From a virus: a stretch of 64,000 bases of DNA. The position numbers and the translations under genes were made by a program. Positions within the stretch are counted from its first letter, which is position 1. Each line of letters starts with the position of its first letter. Below are positions 46,199-55,162 of the stretch, piece by piece. Under the pieces are notes generated by a model, which saw only the letters and a list, made by a program, of their open reading frames with translations, was not told the DNA's origin and did no database searches. The stretch covers positions 3,914 to 67,913 of the IMG/VR virus record IMGVR_UViG_3300046648_000141, one strand, 5' to 3'.

Positions 46199-46516
46199 TC
46201 AATATCCCCTCGGCGGAACGTAGAGGCAGAGGGTCCTGGACGTGTCCAAGCCGCCGAGGCTACACCAGTGGAATTCACCGTCCGGCGATTCCCTGATGCG
46301 GGAGTCGCGGTAGCTGAGCACTTCGCCGGTGCTGGAAATCTGGTAGCCCATCGGCGTCTCTTTGACCCGGACGCCGGGATCATGATTGACCTCGCGGCAA
46401 TCGATGCCGGAGCAGCATCGGAGGTCATACCGCCAGCCGGCGGGAGCGTCGTGAGCCTGAACCGTGCCGGCGATGAGACCGGCGGCGATGATGAAACTGC
46501 AATTCATTCCAAGCAT
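46199..46516 (-). CDS. secreted Cys-rich protein
   Basis: signal peptide ending VQA-H; GWRY..CCS..DC..SPDG.FHWC..CLYVP. Confidence 0.7.
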   Translation of the reverse strand: MLGMNCSFIIAAGLIAGTVQAHDAPAGWRYDLRCCSGIDCREVNHDPGVRVKETPMGYQISSTGEVLSYRDSRIRESPDGEFHWCSLGGLDTSRTLCLYVPPRGY

Positions 46517-46532
46517 TCCAGCACCTCCTGAA

Positions 46533-46593
46533 ACCACGCTTTGCTTCCGCTTTGCCCTGCCCCGCCACGCCCAGCTCCGCCGAGCCAAGCCAA
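46533..46593 (-). repeat. GGY-NN pentamer tract D
   Basis: plus strand gct-tt gcc-ct gcc-cc gcc-ac gcc-ca gct-cc gcc-ga gcc-aa gcc-aa. Confidence 0.7.
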
Positions 46594-46595
46594 GG

Positions 46596-47606
46596 TCAGA
46601 CGGCTCGTTTTTCCTCGATGATCTCCATGCCGGCGACGGTCTTCTCCAGCCGCGCGTACCGATTGGCAATCCGCTGGGCCGTCTCCTTTAATTCTTCTTC
46701 ATCCATGATCGCGGCCAGGAACGCTTCGAAGTCCGTTATCATTCCCGTGCGATAGGTCCGGAGCGACGTCTTCTCGCCGGTCGGCCCGGCCTGGGGACGC
46801 TGAAACTCCGCTTCCCGCTCCGCTTCCTTGGCGGCGGCTACCTTGGCGCCGGCTTCGCGCTGAGCGTCCGGGCTGTTGGCTTTCCGCGCTTCCTCTTCAG
46901 CCTCCAGCCGCAACCGCTCGGCCTCCATAGCTTTCTTGGCAGCGCGTTCGCGTTCAAGCCGCTCTTGTTCCTTGAGCCAGACCGTCGCGCGTTTCTTGAG
47001 CAGTTGCGCGTAGCCGGCCGGTTGCTCACGCAGCTCCCGCCAGCGCGCATCGACCTTTTTGCCGGCGACGATCAGAGGGGCCTTCTCGACGGCGTGAAGG
47101 TTGTCCGCACGGTTGCCGATGCCCCGGAGACGCTTCAACAAGACGGCCTCGCTGTCGGCCTGATCCTTGGTCGTGAGTGGCGCTTTCAACGCGGTTTCGA
47201 CCAGCGCCTTTTCACCGATGAACTCAGCCATCAGCTCATCGTGCGGGTCGGCCTCCCCGGCGGCGGCGGAGTTGTGCCCGATGCCGGTAGGCGTGACTTT
47301 CTCCGGCTGATCGGCCCAGCCGTTGCCGGCTACCGCCCGGTCAAAGGCTTCCTCGGTGATCGGGTTTTTGCAGGCCCACAGCCAGAGGTCCGGAATGGCT
47401 TCCGGGGTTACAGCATGCCCGGAGCGGGCGGCGCACCAGACGCCGGTTTCGTCCTGCCAGAACTGGACGGGCTCCCAGGCTTCACCCTTCCGGCGGACCC
47501 GGAAAAATCCAGTCCACGGAAGTCCGTCATGAATGGCGAGCGGGCCTTTCCCGATCTTGGAAGGATCGGCGAGCGCAAGCCGCCACTTTTCCCAGGGGTC
47601 TGACAT
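46596..47606 (-). CDS. hypothetical early protein (coiled coil)
   Basis: 336 aa; GIGHNS motif, EKAP...GK.VD.RW. Confidence 0.7.
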   Translation of the reverse strand: MSDPWEKWRLALADPSKIGKGPLAIHDGLPWTGFFRVRRKGEAWEPVQFWQDETGVWCAARSGHAVTPEAIPDLWLWACKNPITEEAFDRAVAGNGWADQPEKVTPTGIGHNSAAAGEADPHDELMAEFIGEKALVETALKAPLTTKDQADSEAVLLKRLRGIGNRADNLHAVEKAPLIVAGKKVDARWRELREQPAGYAQLLKKRATVWLKEQERLERERAAKKAMEAERLRLEAEEEARKANSPDAQREAGAKVAAAKEAEREAEFQRPQAGPTGEKTSLRTYRTGMITDFEAFLAAIMDEEELKETAQRIANRYARLEKTVAGMEIIEEKRAV

Positions 47607-47794
47607 CTGGAAGCTTCTCCCGTTTTCATCTCAATTACTGTTGATGGCTTCATGAAAGCAAATCTTGCTCGCCCCGACAAGTGGGTCGGCAAGAAAAAAT
47701 TGCACAAACGGGTTAAGTCGTTTGTTAGCTGCATAAATTTTATTGGAAGGGCGGCCGAGGGGCTATTGCCACGCCTCGGCCGGGAGATGGGTGA

Positions 47795-48229
47795 TTATAA
47801 TACTGTTAGGCTAGTAACGCGGGCCGCTTCCTGCTTGGCGCGGATGACATCAATGTCCTCTTCCGTGAGCAGGACGGGGACGGGAGCGCGGTTGGGGAAT
47901 TGAAGCAAATACCGATACGACTTGGTGGCCGGATCATATTGGACGAGGCTGTTTTCCACGTCCGGCCGGGAGCCGCGCCGGAGCATCATAGCCACCTGCC
48001 GCGCATGCAAGGATGATAGCCGGGATTGGAGCACCATCTTCGCGGCGCCCTGGCTTGCCTCATGGAAAACCCAGGCGGCTACATCGACAAGCCGAATTAG
48101 CGCGGACATCTGTTGTCCGTCTTCAGTCTCAACACGCATGAGCGCTTCGCCGCTCCGCAAGCTCGTGATACGAAAAGCCGCCAACGGTGACACGACGTCA
48201 GGCGACTGCAAACTACACCTCTGTCCCAT
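47795..48229 (-). CDS. hypothetical protein downstream of repressor
   Basis: follows cI-like gene; start uncertain. Confidence 0.45.
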   Translation of the reverse strand: MGQRCSLQSPDVVSPLAAFRITSLRSGEALMRVETEDGQQMSALIRLVDVAAWVFHEASQGAAKMVLQSRLSSLHARQVAMMLRRGSRPDVENSLVQYDPATKSYRYLLQFPNRAPVPVLLTEEDIDVIRAKQEAARVTSLTVL

Positions 48230-48232
48230 AGC

Positions 48233-48703
48233 TCATTGATCCTCTTGCCGTTTGGGGTTTTTGCCCTTCAGTTTCGACTGCGCTTTCCGTGCCTCCAGTG
48301 ACCGTAGGCGGTTATCGATCATCGCTTGGAAATGCTCATAGAGGGGGTCGTATTCTTCTGGGGGCAGCAATTCCAATCTTGCATCAATGCTTGGCTTAGC
48401 CACGGGGCTACCTGCCCCGGTCGTGAGCCATGCTATTGAAATAGTGAAGGTCTCTGCTATCCGTTCGAGATTGGCGCGCTTGACGCCTTTCCCTACCTCC
48501 CAATTCCCCACGGCTCCGCGCGTAACGCCGAGCCGGGCTGCGAAATCGGCCTGTCGGTCGATCCCCAATATCTCGGTGCGGAGATAACAAACGCGCTTGC
48601 CGAGTTCGATGTCGGCTTGCGGATTAGTCTCCCGCGTTCTTCCTGTTTTTTTAGCCGCTGGTGCGTCGGCGCGGCCACTGCCGAGAGGTTTCCCGCTCGC
48701 CAT
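48233..48703 (-). CDS. CI-like XRE repressor (no S24 peptidase domain)
   Basis: QADFAARLGVTRGAVGNWEVG..IA.....WL.TG.G; divergent from cro-like gene. Confidence 0.85.
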   Translation of the reverse strand: MASGKPLGSGRADAPAAKKTGRTRETNPQADIELGKRVCYLRTEILGIDRQADFAARLGVTRGAVGNWEVGKGVKRANLERIAETFTISIAWLTTGAGSPVAKPSIDARLELLPPEEYDPLYEHFQAMIDNRLRSLEARKAQSKLKGKNPKRQEDQ

Positions 48704-48807
48704 ACAGTTTTATTTCCCTCTAATTAATCAACTTGCCACAAGCAAGGTTACCTTGCCAATCAGATTTTTACAAAAAAAGATTGAACTCTTGAGAAACGTT
48801 TGCTTTC

Positions 48808-49164
48808 ATGGCGCGCATGGAACAGCGCCACGAAACATTACCCGATGACCCCCGAGAACTTGCCTGGGCAGAAGCGCGGGCACGGCTGGGCGGCCTCAAG
48901 CCACTTGCCGCCAAGCTGGGGATATCCCGGCAGGCGATCAGCGTCTGGAAGATCGTCCCCAGCAAGCATGCCGTCAAAGTATCGGAAGAGACCGGCGTTT
49001 CACTCCATGAATTGCGCCCGGATATCTATCCGGACCTCTATGGGCCGAAGGCCGAAGAGCGGGCATCCAGACCGGAAAAGGCTGAGCCCGTCGAAGAATC
49101 CACGAAAGCAGTTAGCGAGACGACGGGCTTGCTCCGCCGTCTCATCACGTTCCCGCGCCGGTGA
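48808..49164 (+). CDS. Cro/YdaS-like regulator
   Basis: GG..LA..LGISRQAIS.W..VP....TGV...ELRPDIY. Confidence 0.85.
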   Translation: MARMEQRHETLPDDPRELAWAEARARLGGLKPLAAKLGISRQAISVWKIVPSKHAVKVSEETGVSLHELRPDIYPDLYGPKAEERASRPEKAEPVEESTKAVSETTGLLRRLITFPRR

Positions 49165-49262
49165 TGGTGGCACCTAAGCCGGCCGGGAATTAGCCACCGC
49201 ACCCTTACCCTTCTCGGGCTCACGCGGGTGCGGTGGCTACCAAATCCGAACAAGGAGCACCC

Positions 49263-49829
49263 ATGCACGCAAAAATCGGAGACAATTCGCACGAGCTGAC
49301 GCCGGCCGAGACCAAGGCGCTGTTCATGCACCACTTCGACAAGGTCCTGAAACAGACCGAAATTTGCAAAGCCGAAAACGCTATCCGGCAGAAGCTTCGC
49401 AAAGAGGCCAAGGCGGACGGCATCATCCTATCCGACATCGATTTCGGGCTCCGCTGCGCTCAGATCGAAGACCCCCAGATCATCATCGATGAGCAGAAGC
49501 GGCGCGCTGAAATCGGCAGGTTCTTCGCCCTCCCGATCGGAGCGCAAACCGACATGGACTTCGACCGCATGCCGGCGATCGATCGCGCCCGAGAATTGGG
49601 CGAGGCTGCCGGATATGCCAGCAAGAACACGGACACGGTTCCCTATGACGAAAACTCCGATCAAGGCCGGGCATGGCTCGAAGGGTGGAAGACCGGGAAC
49701 ATGCGGCTCGCGGAAGATTTCGAGACTGCCCACCAAAAAAAGAGCGCTAGCCGTAACGATGCCGACACCGCCGCAGATGACGGTGAAAACGACCCTGACA
49801 ATGATGATGAGCCCGATGAGGCGGCATAG
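49263..49829 (+). CDS. hypothetical protein
   Basis: AGGAG RBS; IGDNS, AWLEGW..G. Confidence 0.7.
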   Translation: MHAKIGDNSHELTPAETKALFMHHFDKVLKQTEICKAENAIRQKLRKEAKADGIILSDIDFGLRCAQIEDPQIIIDEQKRRAEIGRFFALPIGAQTDMDFDRMPAIDRARELGEAAGYASKNTDTVPYDENSDQGRAWLEGWKTGNMRLAEDFETAHQKKSASRNDADTAADDGENDPDNDDEPDEAA

Positions 49830-49837
49830 GCGTCGCC

Positions 49838-50269
49838 ATGACCCATCCTGACCATGATGAAGGGAGCAAGTGGAATGATGCCGATCGGGGCCGCGTGGCG
49901 GCGATGCTCAAGCAAGGTATGTCGCGCCGTCAGATCGCCCTCAAGATGGGCATCACCCGCAACACTTGCGCAGGCCGGATTCATCGCGACGATGATTTGC
50001 GCGCCGTCGCGCCGGGCCGCCTCCCGCCCAGTCCGAAGAGGGTCGCGCCAGTGATGCCTCCCCGAGACATCCCCCCGCCGGTCATGCGCCGGGTGCCGTT
50101 GAAAGACGTCGGCCAGGACGAGTGCACTTGGCCGGTCACTACGGTCCCAGATCGCAAGGTGATCGGCGCCTTTCTCTTCTGCGGAGCCGAGACGGAACCG
50201 TTGGCGATGTGGTGCCCCTATCACGGGCAGCTTGGATATGCGCCACCTCGGGAGCGTCGTCATGGGTGA
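49838..50269 (+). CDS. GcrA-like cell-cycle regulator
   Basis: W.D....G.S..QIA..G.TRN...G.IHR and L.D....C.WP...FCG....C.YH. Confidence 0.85.
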   Translation: MTHPDHDEGSKWNDADRGRVAAMLKQGMSRRQIALKMGITRNTCAGRIHRDDDLRAVAPGRLPPSPKRVAPVMPPRDIPPPVMRRVPLKDVGQDECTWPVTTVPDRKVIGAFLFCGAETEPLAMWCPYHGQLGYAPPRERRHG

Positions 50270-51521
50270 TAGGCGAACATTCCTTGACGGTCGCGTGACG
50301 CTGCATTGCGGCGACTGCCTACAAGTGCTCGCCGGCATGCCCGACGCTTGCGTCGACTCGGTGGTGACCGATCCGCCCTATGCCCTGGTATCGATCGTCA
50401 AACGGTTCGGCAAGGCGAACGCCGCGCCGGCAAAGGGCAACGAAGCGTATATGCGCGCCTCGGCTGGCTTCATGGGCAAGCAATGGGATAACGGCGAAAC
50501 CGCTTTCGCGGTCGCGTTTTGGTCCGAGGTCTTGCGCGTTCTCAAGCCGGGCGGCCATGTCGTCGCCTTCTCCGGCACGCGCACTTATCACCGCCTAGCG
50601 ATCGCGATCGAGGATGCAGGATTCGAAATCCGCGATCAGCTCGCATGGGTTTACGGTTCGGGCTTTCCGAAATCGCACGACGTTAGCAAGGCGATCGACA
50701 AGGCGGCCGGAGCGGTAAGGGACGTCTTAGGCGAAAAACGCGCCGGGCTTGCACGAAAAGCGCGCGCAGGCGGCGAGATGGCTGGCGGCGAGCCAAGCTT
50801 TGAACATCTTCGCCGCGCTGACATCACAGCCCCAGCCACAGAAGACGCCGCCACCTGGGAAGGATGGGGAACGGCGCTAAAGCCGGCATGGGAACCGATC
50901 GTGTTAGCGCGCAAGCCGCTTATCGGCACGGTCGCGACCAACGTCTTACGCTTCGGAACCGGTGCCCTCAATATCGACGCGTGCCGCGTTGAATCGGACA
51001 TGCCAAGGCCGGATCGAGTCAAGATCGGCGCCAATTCCAACGGCATTTACGGCAACGGTCTTAATAATTCACGCGCCGTTGATGACACTACGCGCGGTCG
51101 ATGGCCCGCGAACCTTGTGCATGATGGTAGCGGCGAGGTCGTGTCATTCTTTCCCCTCGAAATCGCCGGCTCGGCCGCGCGCTTCTTCTATACCGCCAAG
51201 GCCGACGCCGACGACCGGATCGGCTCGAAACATCCCACGGTCAAGCCGGTCGATCTGATGCAATGGCTTGTCCGCATGGTGACGCCACCGGGCGGCATTG
51301 TGCTTGATCCCTTCGCCGGCACCGGCACGACGGCCGAGGCCGCTTGGCGCGAAGGCATGCGATGCATCCTTGTCGAGCGCGAAACCGATTATCAGGCCGA
51401 TATTGCCCGGCGGATGGAATTGGCCGTTTACCCCACGAAGCGCGCCGCCGTCACCAAGAGCAAAGGTAAGCTGCGCGGCGCCGAGGGCACACCGCTTTTT
51501 CCGGAGGCCGGCGAATGCTGA
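50262..51521 (+). CDS. DNA methyltransferase (N6A/N4C, beta class)
   Basis: VTDPPY, LKPGG, HPTVKP, VLDPFAGTGTT. Confidence 0.92.
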   Translation: MGDRRTFLDGRVTLHCGDCLQVLAGMPDACVDSVVTDPPYALVSIVKRFGKANAAPAKGNEAYMRASAGFMGKQWDNGETAFAVAFWSEVLRVLKPGGHVVAFSGTRTYHRLAIAIEDAGFEIRDQLAWVYGSGFPKSHDVSKAIDKAAGAVRDVLGEKRAGLARKARAGGEMAGGEPSFEHLRRADITAPATEDAATWEGWGTALKPAWEPIVLARKPLIGTVATNVLRFGTGALNIDACRVESDMPRPDRVKIGANSNGIYGNGLNNSRAVDDTTRGRWPANLVHDGSGEVVSFFPLEIAGSAARFFYTAKADADDRIGSKHPTVKPVDLMQWLVRMVTPPGGIVLDPFAGTGTTAEAAWREGMRCILVERETDYQADIARRMELAVYPTKRAAVTKSKGKLRGAEGTPLFPEAGEC

Positions 51522-51573
51522 TCTTCGGCTGGTCCTCAAATCAAATCGAAAAAAGTTACGCGGAGGTAGCGGC

Positions 51574-52461
51574 ATGAACGTTCACCCATTAGCAGCGATG
51601 TTTCCCATGCTGCCAGATGATGAACTTGACGCGCTTGCGACAAGCATCAAGGAGCACGGGCAACGTCACCCTATCCTGATCGCCGATATGCAAGTGGACG
51701 GTGGCGAGTTGATCGAAGTCATCGTGGACGGGCGTAATCGTTTTGAAGCGTGCCGGCGTGCGAAGGTCGAGCCGAAATTCGAGCGGCTGAATGGCGTTGA
51801 CATCGCCGCGCTGATCCTCGCCGAAAACGTTGAAAGGCGGAACCTATCGGCCGGGCAGCGGGCAATGGCGAGGGCGATGCTGACGAGAGATGTCAAGCAG
51901 GGTAGCCGAACGGACTTGGCCGAAGAAGACCTCGGCCAATTGGCCGATGTTGCTGAACGATCAGTTCGCCGCGCCCGATTCGTCCTCCGTCAGGATGAAG
52001 CTCTTGCGCAATCCGTGATGAACGGCGTGGAGTCATTAAACGCCGCCTATGAAACCGCTAAGGCCAGCGCCACCGCTAAGGACCGCGCGGCCGAGGCGGA
52101 AAAAGCGCGGCGTGAACAGCTAGACACGTTGCGGCAACGATATCCGGACCTCGCGCGCAAGGTAGAGGATGGCGAGATTGGCGTTGCTGCCGCGCTTGTG
52201 GAAGCGCGGGAGAAAGACACCCAAGCGAGAAGCCAGCGGGACACGATCTTTCGAGCGTTTAAAAGCGCGGTCGAAGGTCTCGCTATCCTGGCATTCGAAA
52301 CGGAATCCGTCGCCGCGCTCGCGAAGGAACACCGTAGCGAGTTCGAACAGATTTTCCCGCTTGGTTCCGGCCGCCTCAAGGAGTGCGCCAGCCATGCCCA
52401 GAAGGGCACTGCCAAGCTGCTTGAAATCATCGACACCATGAGAAAGGACCGCCTGCTATGA
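51574..52461 (+). CDS. ParB N-terminal domain protein
   Basis: HPLA..FP....L..SI..HGQ..PI..DGRNR..AC..N..RRNLS.GQRA. Confidence 0.82.
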   Translation: MNVHPLAAMFPMLPDDELDALATSIKEHGQRHPILIADMQVDGGELIEVIVDGRNRFEACRRAKVEPKFERLNGVDIAALILAENVERRNLSAGQRAMARAMLTRDVKQGSRTDLAEEDLGQLADVAERSVRRARFVLRQDEALAQSVMNGVESLNAAYETAKASATAKDRAAEAEKARREQLDTLRQRYPDLARKVEDGEIGVAAALVEAREKDTQARSQRDTIFRAFKSAVEGLAILAFETESVAALAKEHRSEFEQIFPLGSGRLKECASHAQKGTAKLLEIIDTMRKDRLL

Positions 52462-52988
52462 GTGGCGACAAGAGAAGACGTGGACCGAAAATCACTGATC
52501 CGACGAGGCCATTCCTGCGTCGGCTCAAGGATCGATATCTGGACGCGGTCAAATCCGATGGCGGTTTCTTGGAGGAATGGAAGCGCCAAGTCCATGATCA
52601 AGCGCGCGAGGACCCAAATTTCTTCAAGCCGCTGCATTCGGGGCTGCTCGATATAGCAATGGAAGACGTCTGGCGGGATCACGCAAAAAAGACCACGGAT
52701 GACGACGACGATGACGAGGATGACGATGATCAGCGCGACCTGTTTCAAATCGCCGGCATCAACATCAAGCCGGAGCTACGGTTTCGTGATGATGACGTGC
52801 CGGGTGGGCACCGAACCGCGCTCAGGAAATACGCCACCGTCGCACACCTATTCAGCCAAGCCGAGATAACCGCTGAAAAAGCCCGTCAAAATTCCGAGGC
52901 CGCTGAGCGACAATTAAAGGCGGCCAATGAGGCGTTGCGAAGGGCTAAAGGCCGCTCCGCCGAGCTGTTGGTCAACGTGCGGGATTAA
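52458..52988 (+). CDS. hypothetical protein with poly-Asp tract
   Basis: ATGA-coupled ORF. Confidence 0.6.
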   Translation: MSGDKRRRGPKITDPTRPFLRRLKDRYLDAVKSDGGFLEEWKRQVHDQAREDPNFFKPLHSGLLDIAMEDVWRDHAKKTTDDDDDDEDDDDQRDLFQIAGINIKPELRFRDDDVPGGHRTALRKYATVAHLFSQAEITAEKARQNSEAAERQLKAANEALRRAKGRSAELLVNVRD

Positions 52989-52996
52989 ATCTGATC

Positions 52997-53179
52997 ATGA
53001 TCGATGCCGCAAAGGACCGGGCCGTAGAGGAGTTTATTAGGTCGCATAGCCGCGATTTCCTCATCGGCTATTTCACGGCGCAAAGGATCGCTAGGGGCGA
53101 GGACCCGGTTGATGCCGAGGCTAACGCTACGTTGCTTGTAGATATCGGCAAGCGCATCGCCTCGGAGATTGCGCAATGA
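52997..53179 (+). CDS. hypothetical protein
   Basis: coupled to RuvC-like gene. Confidence 0.45.
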   Translation: MIDAAKDRAVEEFIRSHSRDFLIGYFTAQRIARGEDPVDAEANATLLVDIGKRIASEIAQ

Positions 53180-53754
53180 TTATCCTTGGCCTCGATCAGT
53201 CGATAACCCGGACAGGCTGGGCGCTTTATCGCTTCCCCGGCGATGAGCGGCACATGAGGTGCGGCTCGTTCTCCTGTTCGGATGAGGCCGACGCCGACGC
53301 CAAGTGTGAGCGCTTCGCCCGTGAGATTAAGCGGCTGGTCGGACCCCAGGAAACGCGGCCGGACTTCATTTGCTGGGAGAAGGCCAAGCGGCAAATCTCC
53401 GCCTACCCCAAGAAGCCGAACGCCGATCTGCTCGGCCTGGGCGGCCAGGACGTTTGGACGGTCAACGCCGATCAGCTCCTCCTCCCCGAAATTCAGGGCA
53501 TCATCCGGGCGGCGACCGTCTTCTATCGCGTGCCGCACGAGTCGGTATCGCCGGCGACATGGCGGGCTGCGATTTACGGCAAGGGCGGCGGCAAACTATC
53601 GCGCGTCGATGCCAAGGCGCGGGCCAAGGAATACTGCCAGGCCCTCGGTATCAAGTTCAGCGGCGACGATCAGGCGGAAGCCGCGTGCATCGCCCGGTGG
53701 GCCGCGACGTGCTCTATCGCCTTCCGGATGCTTATGGCGAGGGCGGCGGCATGA
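53176..53754 (+). CDS. RuvC-like Holliday junction resolvase
   Basis: ILGLDQSITRTGW, E, V.P.TWR, DDQAEA. Confidence 0.8.
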   Translation: MIILGLDQSITRTGWALYRFPGDERHMRCGSFSCSDEADADAKCERFAREIKRLVGPQETRPDFICWEKAKRQISAYPKKPNADLLGLGGQDVWTVNADQLLLPEIQGIIRAATVFYRVPHESVSPATWRAAIYGKGGGKLSRVDAKARAKEYCQALGIKFSGDDQAEAACIARWAATCSIAFRMLMARAAA

Positions 53755-54572
53755 TCCAGTTGCGCGTCCTGTCCCTCGGTGCCGGCGTCCAATCGACCAC
53801 GATGGCGCTTATGGCCGCTCATGGCGAAATAGGCCCGATGCCAGACGCCGCGATATTCGCGGACACCGGGGCAGAACCGAAGCCGGTCTATGATCATCTC
53901 ACATGGCTGATGTCGGCCAACGTGCTCCCCTTCCCCGTCTATGTCGTCAGCGCCGGGAACCTCCGGGACATCCTTACGGGCAACGCCCACTGGAAGGGCG
54001 GCAATGACGGCCGGCCGCCGTTCTACGTTGTCAACGACAAGGGCGAGGCCGGCACGCTCAACCGCCAATGCACCCGTCATTTCAAGATTGATCCGATCCG
54101 CCGGAAGGTGCGCGAGCTGCTCGGCCTGAAGCACGGGCAGCGCGGACCCAAGACCGCAGCGGCGGAGCAATGGATTGGCATTAGCCTTGACGAAGCCACC
54201 CGCATGAAGCCGTCGCGTGACCGCTACATCGAAAGCCGGTGGCCGTTGATCGAAAAGCGGATGACGCGCCGGGACTGCCTGAAATGGCTTCAGGCTCATG
54301 ACTATCCGCTGCCGGCAAAGTCGGCCTGTACTTTCTGCCCGTTCCGCAATGAAATCGGCTGGCGCGACCTACGCGACAATGACCCGGCTTCATTCGCCGA
54401 CGCCGTTGCCATCGACAAGATCATCCGGGACGGGATGCCCGGCGTGAACCGCTCCCAGGTGTTCATCCATCGGTCGCTCAAGCCGCTCGATGAGGTCGAT
54501 CTATCGACCGCCGAGGAGCGCGGCCAGCTCAATCTCTTCATCAATGAGTGCGAAGGGATGTGTGGCGTATGA
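53751..54572 (+). CDS. PP-loop (PAPS-reductase-like) protein with Cys motifs
   Basis: LSLGAGVQST, FADTG.E, RQCT..FKI, IGIS.DE, KSAC.FCP, ECEGMCGV. Confidence 0.8.
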   Translation: MIQLRVLSLGAGVQSTTMALMAAHGEIGPMPDAAIFADTGAEPKPVYDHLTWLMSANVLPFPVYVVSAGNLRDILTGNAHWKGGNDGRPPFYVVNDKGEAGTLNRQCTRHFKIDPIRRKVRELLGLKHGQRGPKTAAAEQWIGISLDEATRMKPSRDRYIESRWPLIEKRMTRRDCLKWLQAHDYPLPAKSACTFCPFRNEIGWRDLRDNDPASFADAVAIDKIIRDGMPGVNRSQVFIHRSLKPLDEVDLSTAEERGQLNLFINECEGMCGV

Positions 54573-55162
54573 CGGCCGAGCGATGGATGAAATTCTTTCC
54601 CTCCGACTGGATGAGCGACCCGGCCTTGCGGACATGCAGCGAGGGCGCACGCGGCATTTGGATCGACATGCTTTGCCTGATGGACGGCGCCAGCCCACGC
54701 GGCCACCTCAAACTCGGGCGCAAAAATATCGACCTTCCGACGCTCGCCGGCCTGCTGAGAATCCCGCTGAAGCGGCTCGAAAAGTACCTCGACGAATTGC
54801 GCGCGGCCGGCGTTTTCAGCGTCACAAATCGAGGCATGATTTACAGTCGAAAAATGGTTCGGGAGGAAAAGTGGAGGAAAATGGGAGCGAAAGCGGCGGC
54901 GCGACGGTGGTCGCAAGACCCTGAAAAAAAAGGCGAAATTGAAAAGCGCATTACCCCCCCTACGACTCCAGAATCCAGAATCCAGAATCGAAAATCTTTT
55001 CCCTCTGGACTCGTGGCTATGCGTGATCCTCCGCCGAAGTCCCGGCCGCCCGTCAAACACCACGACCCCCCCGACTACAGCAACGACCCCGTCGAACCAA
55101 CGCAGGCGTTGCTGCGAACGCGCATCGTCCAACACAGCATCGGAAAAGGAGAAAAGTCATGA
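54569..55162 (+). CDS. replication initiator-like protein
   Basis: WMKFFPSDW..D..LR.CS..ARG.WI.MLCLM..L.EL...GV..YSR.MVR. Confidence 0.7.
   Translation: MTAERWMKFFPSDWMSDPALRTCSEGARGIWIDMLCLMDGASPRGHLKLGRKNIDLPTLAGLLRIPLKRLEKYLDELRAAGVFSVTNRGMIYSRKMVREEKWRKMGAKAAARRWSQDPEKKGEIEKRITPPTTPESRIQNRKSFPSGLVAMRDPPPKSRPPVKHHDPPDYSNDPVEPTQALLRTRIVQHSIGKGEKS
54964..54989 (+). repeat. 7-bp tandem repeat GA(C/A)TCCA, about 4 copies; putative origin iterons
   Basis: GACTCCA GAATCCA GAATCCA GAATC inside the replication gene. Confidence 0.65.

Noticed and set aside
50262-51521. Restriction-modification system
   Set aside because: No adjacent restriction endonuclease; orphan phage MTase
52698-52731. GAY trinucleotide repeat
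   Set aside because: Encodes a poly-Asp linker with mixed codons
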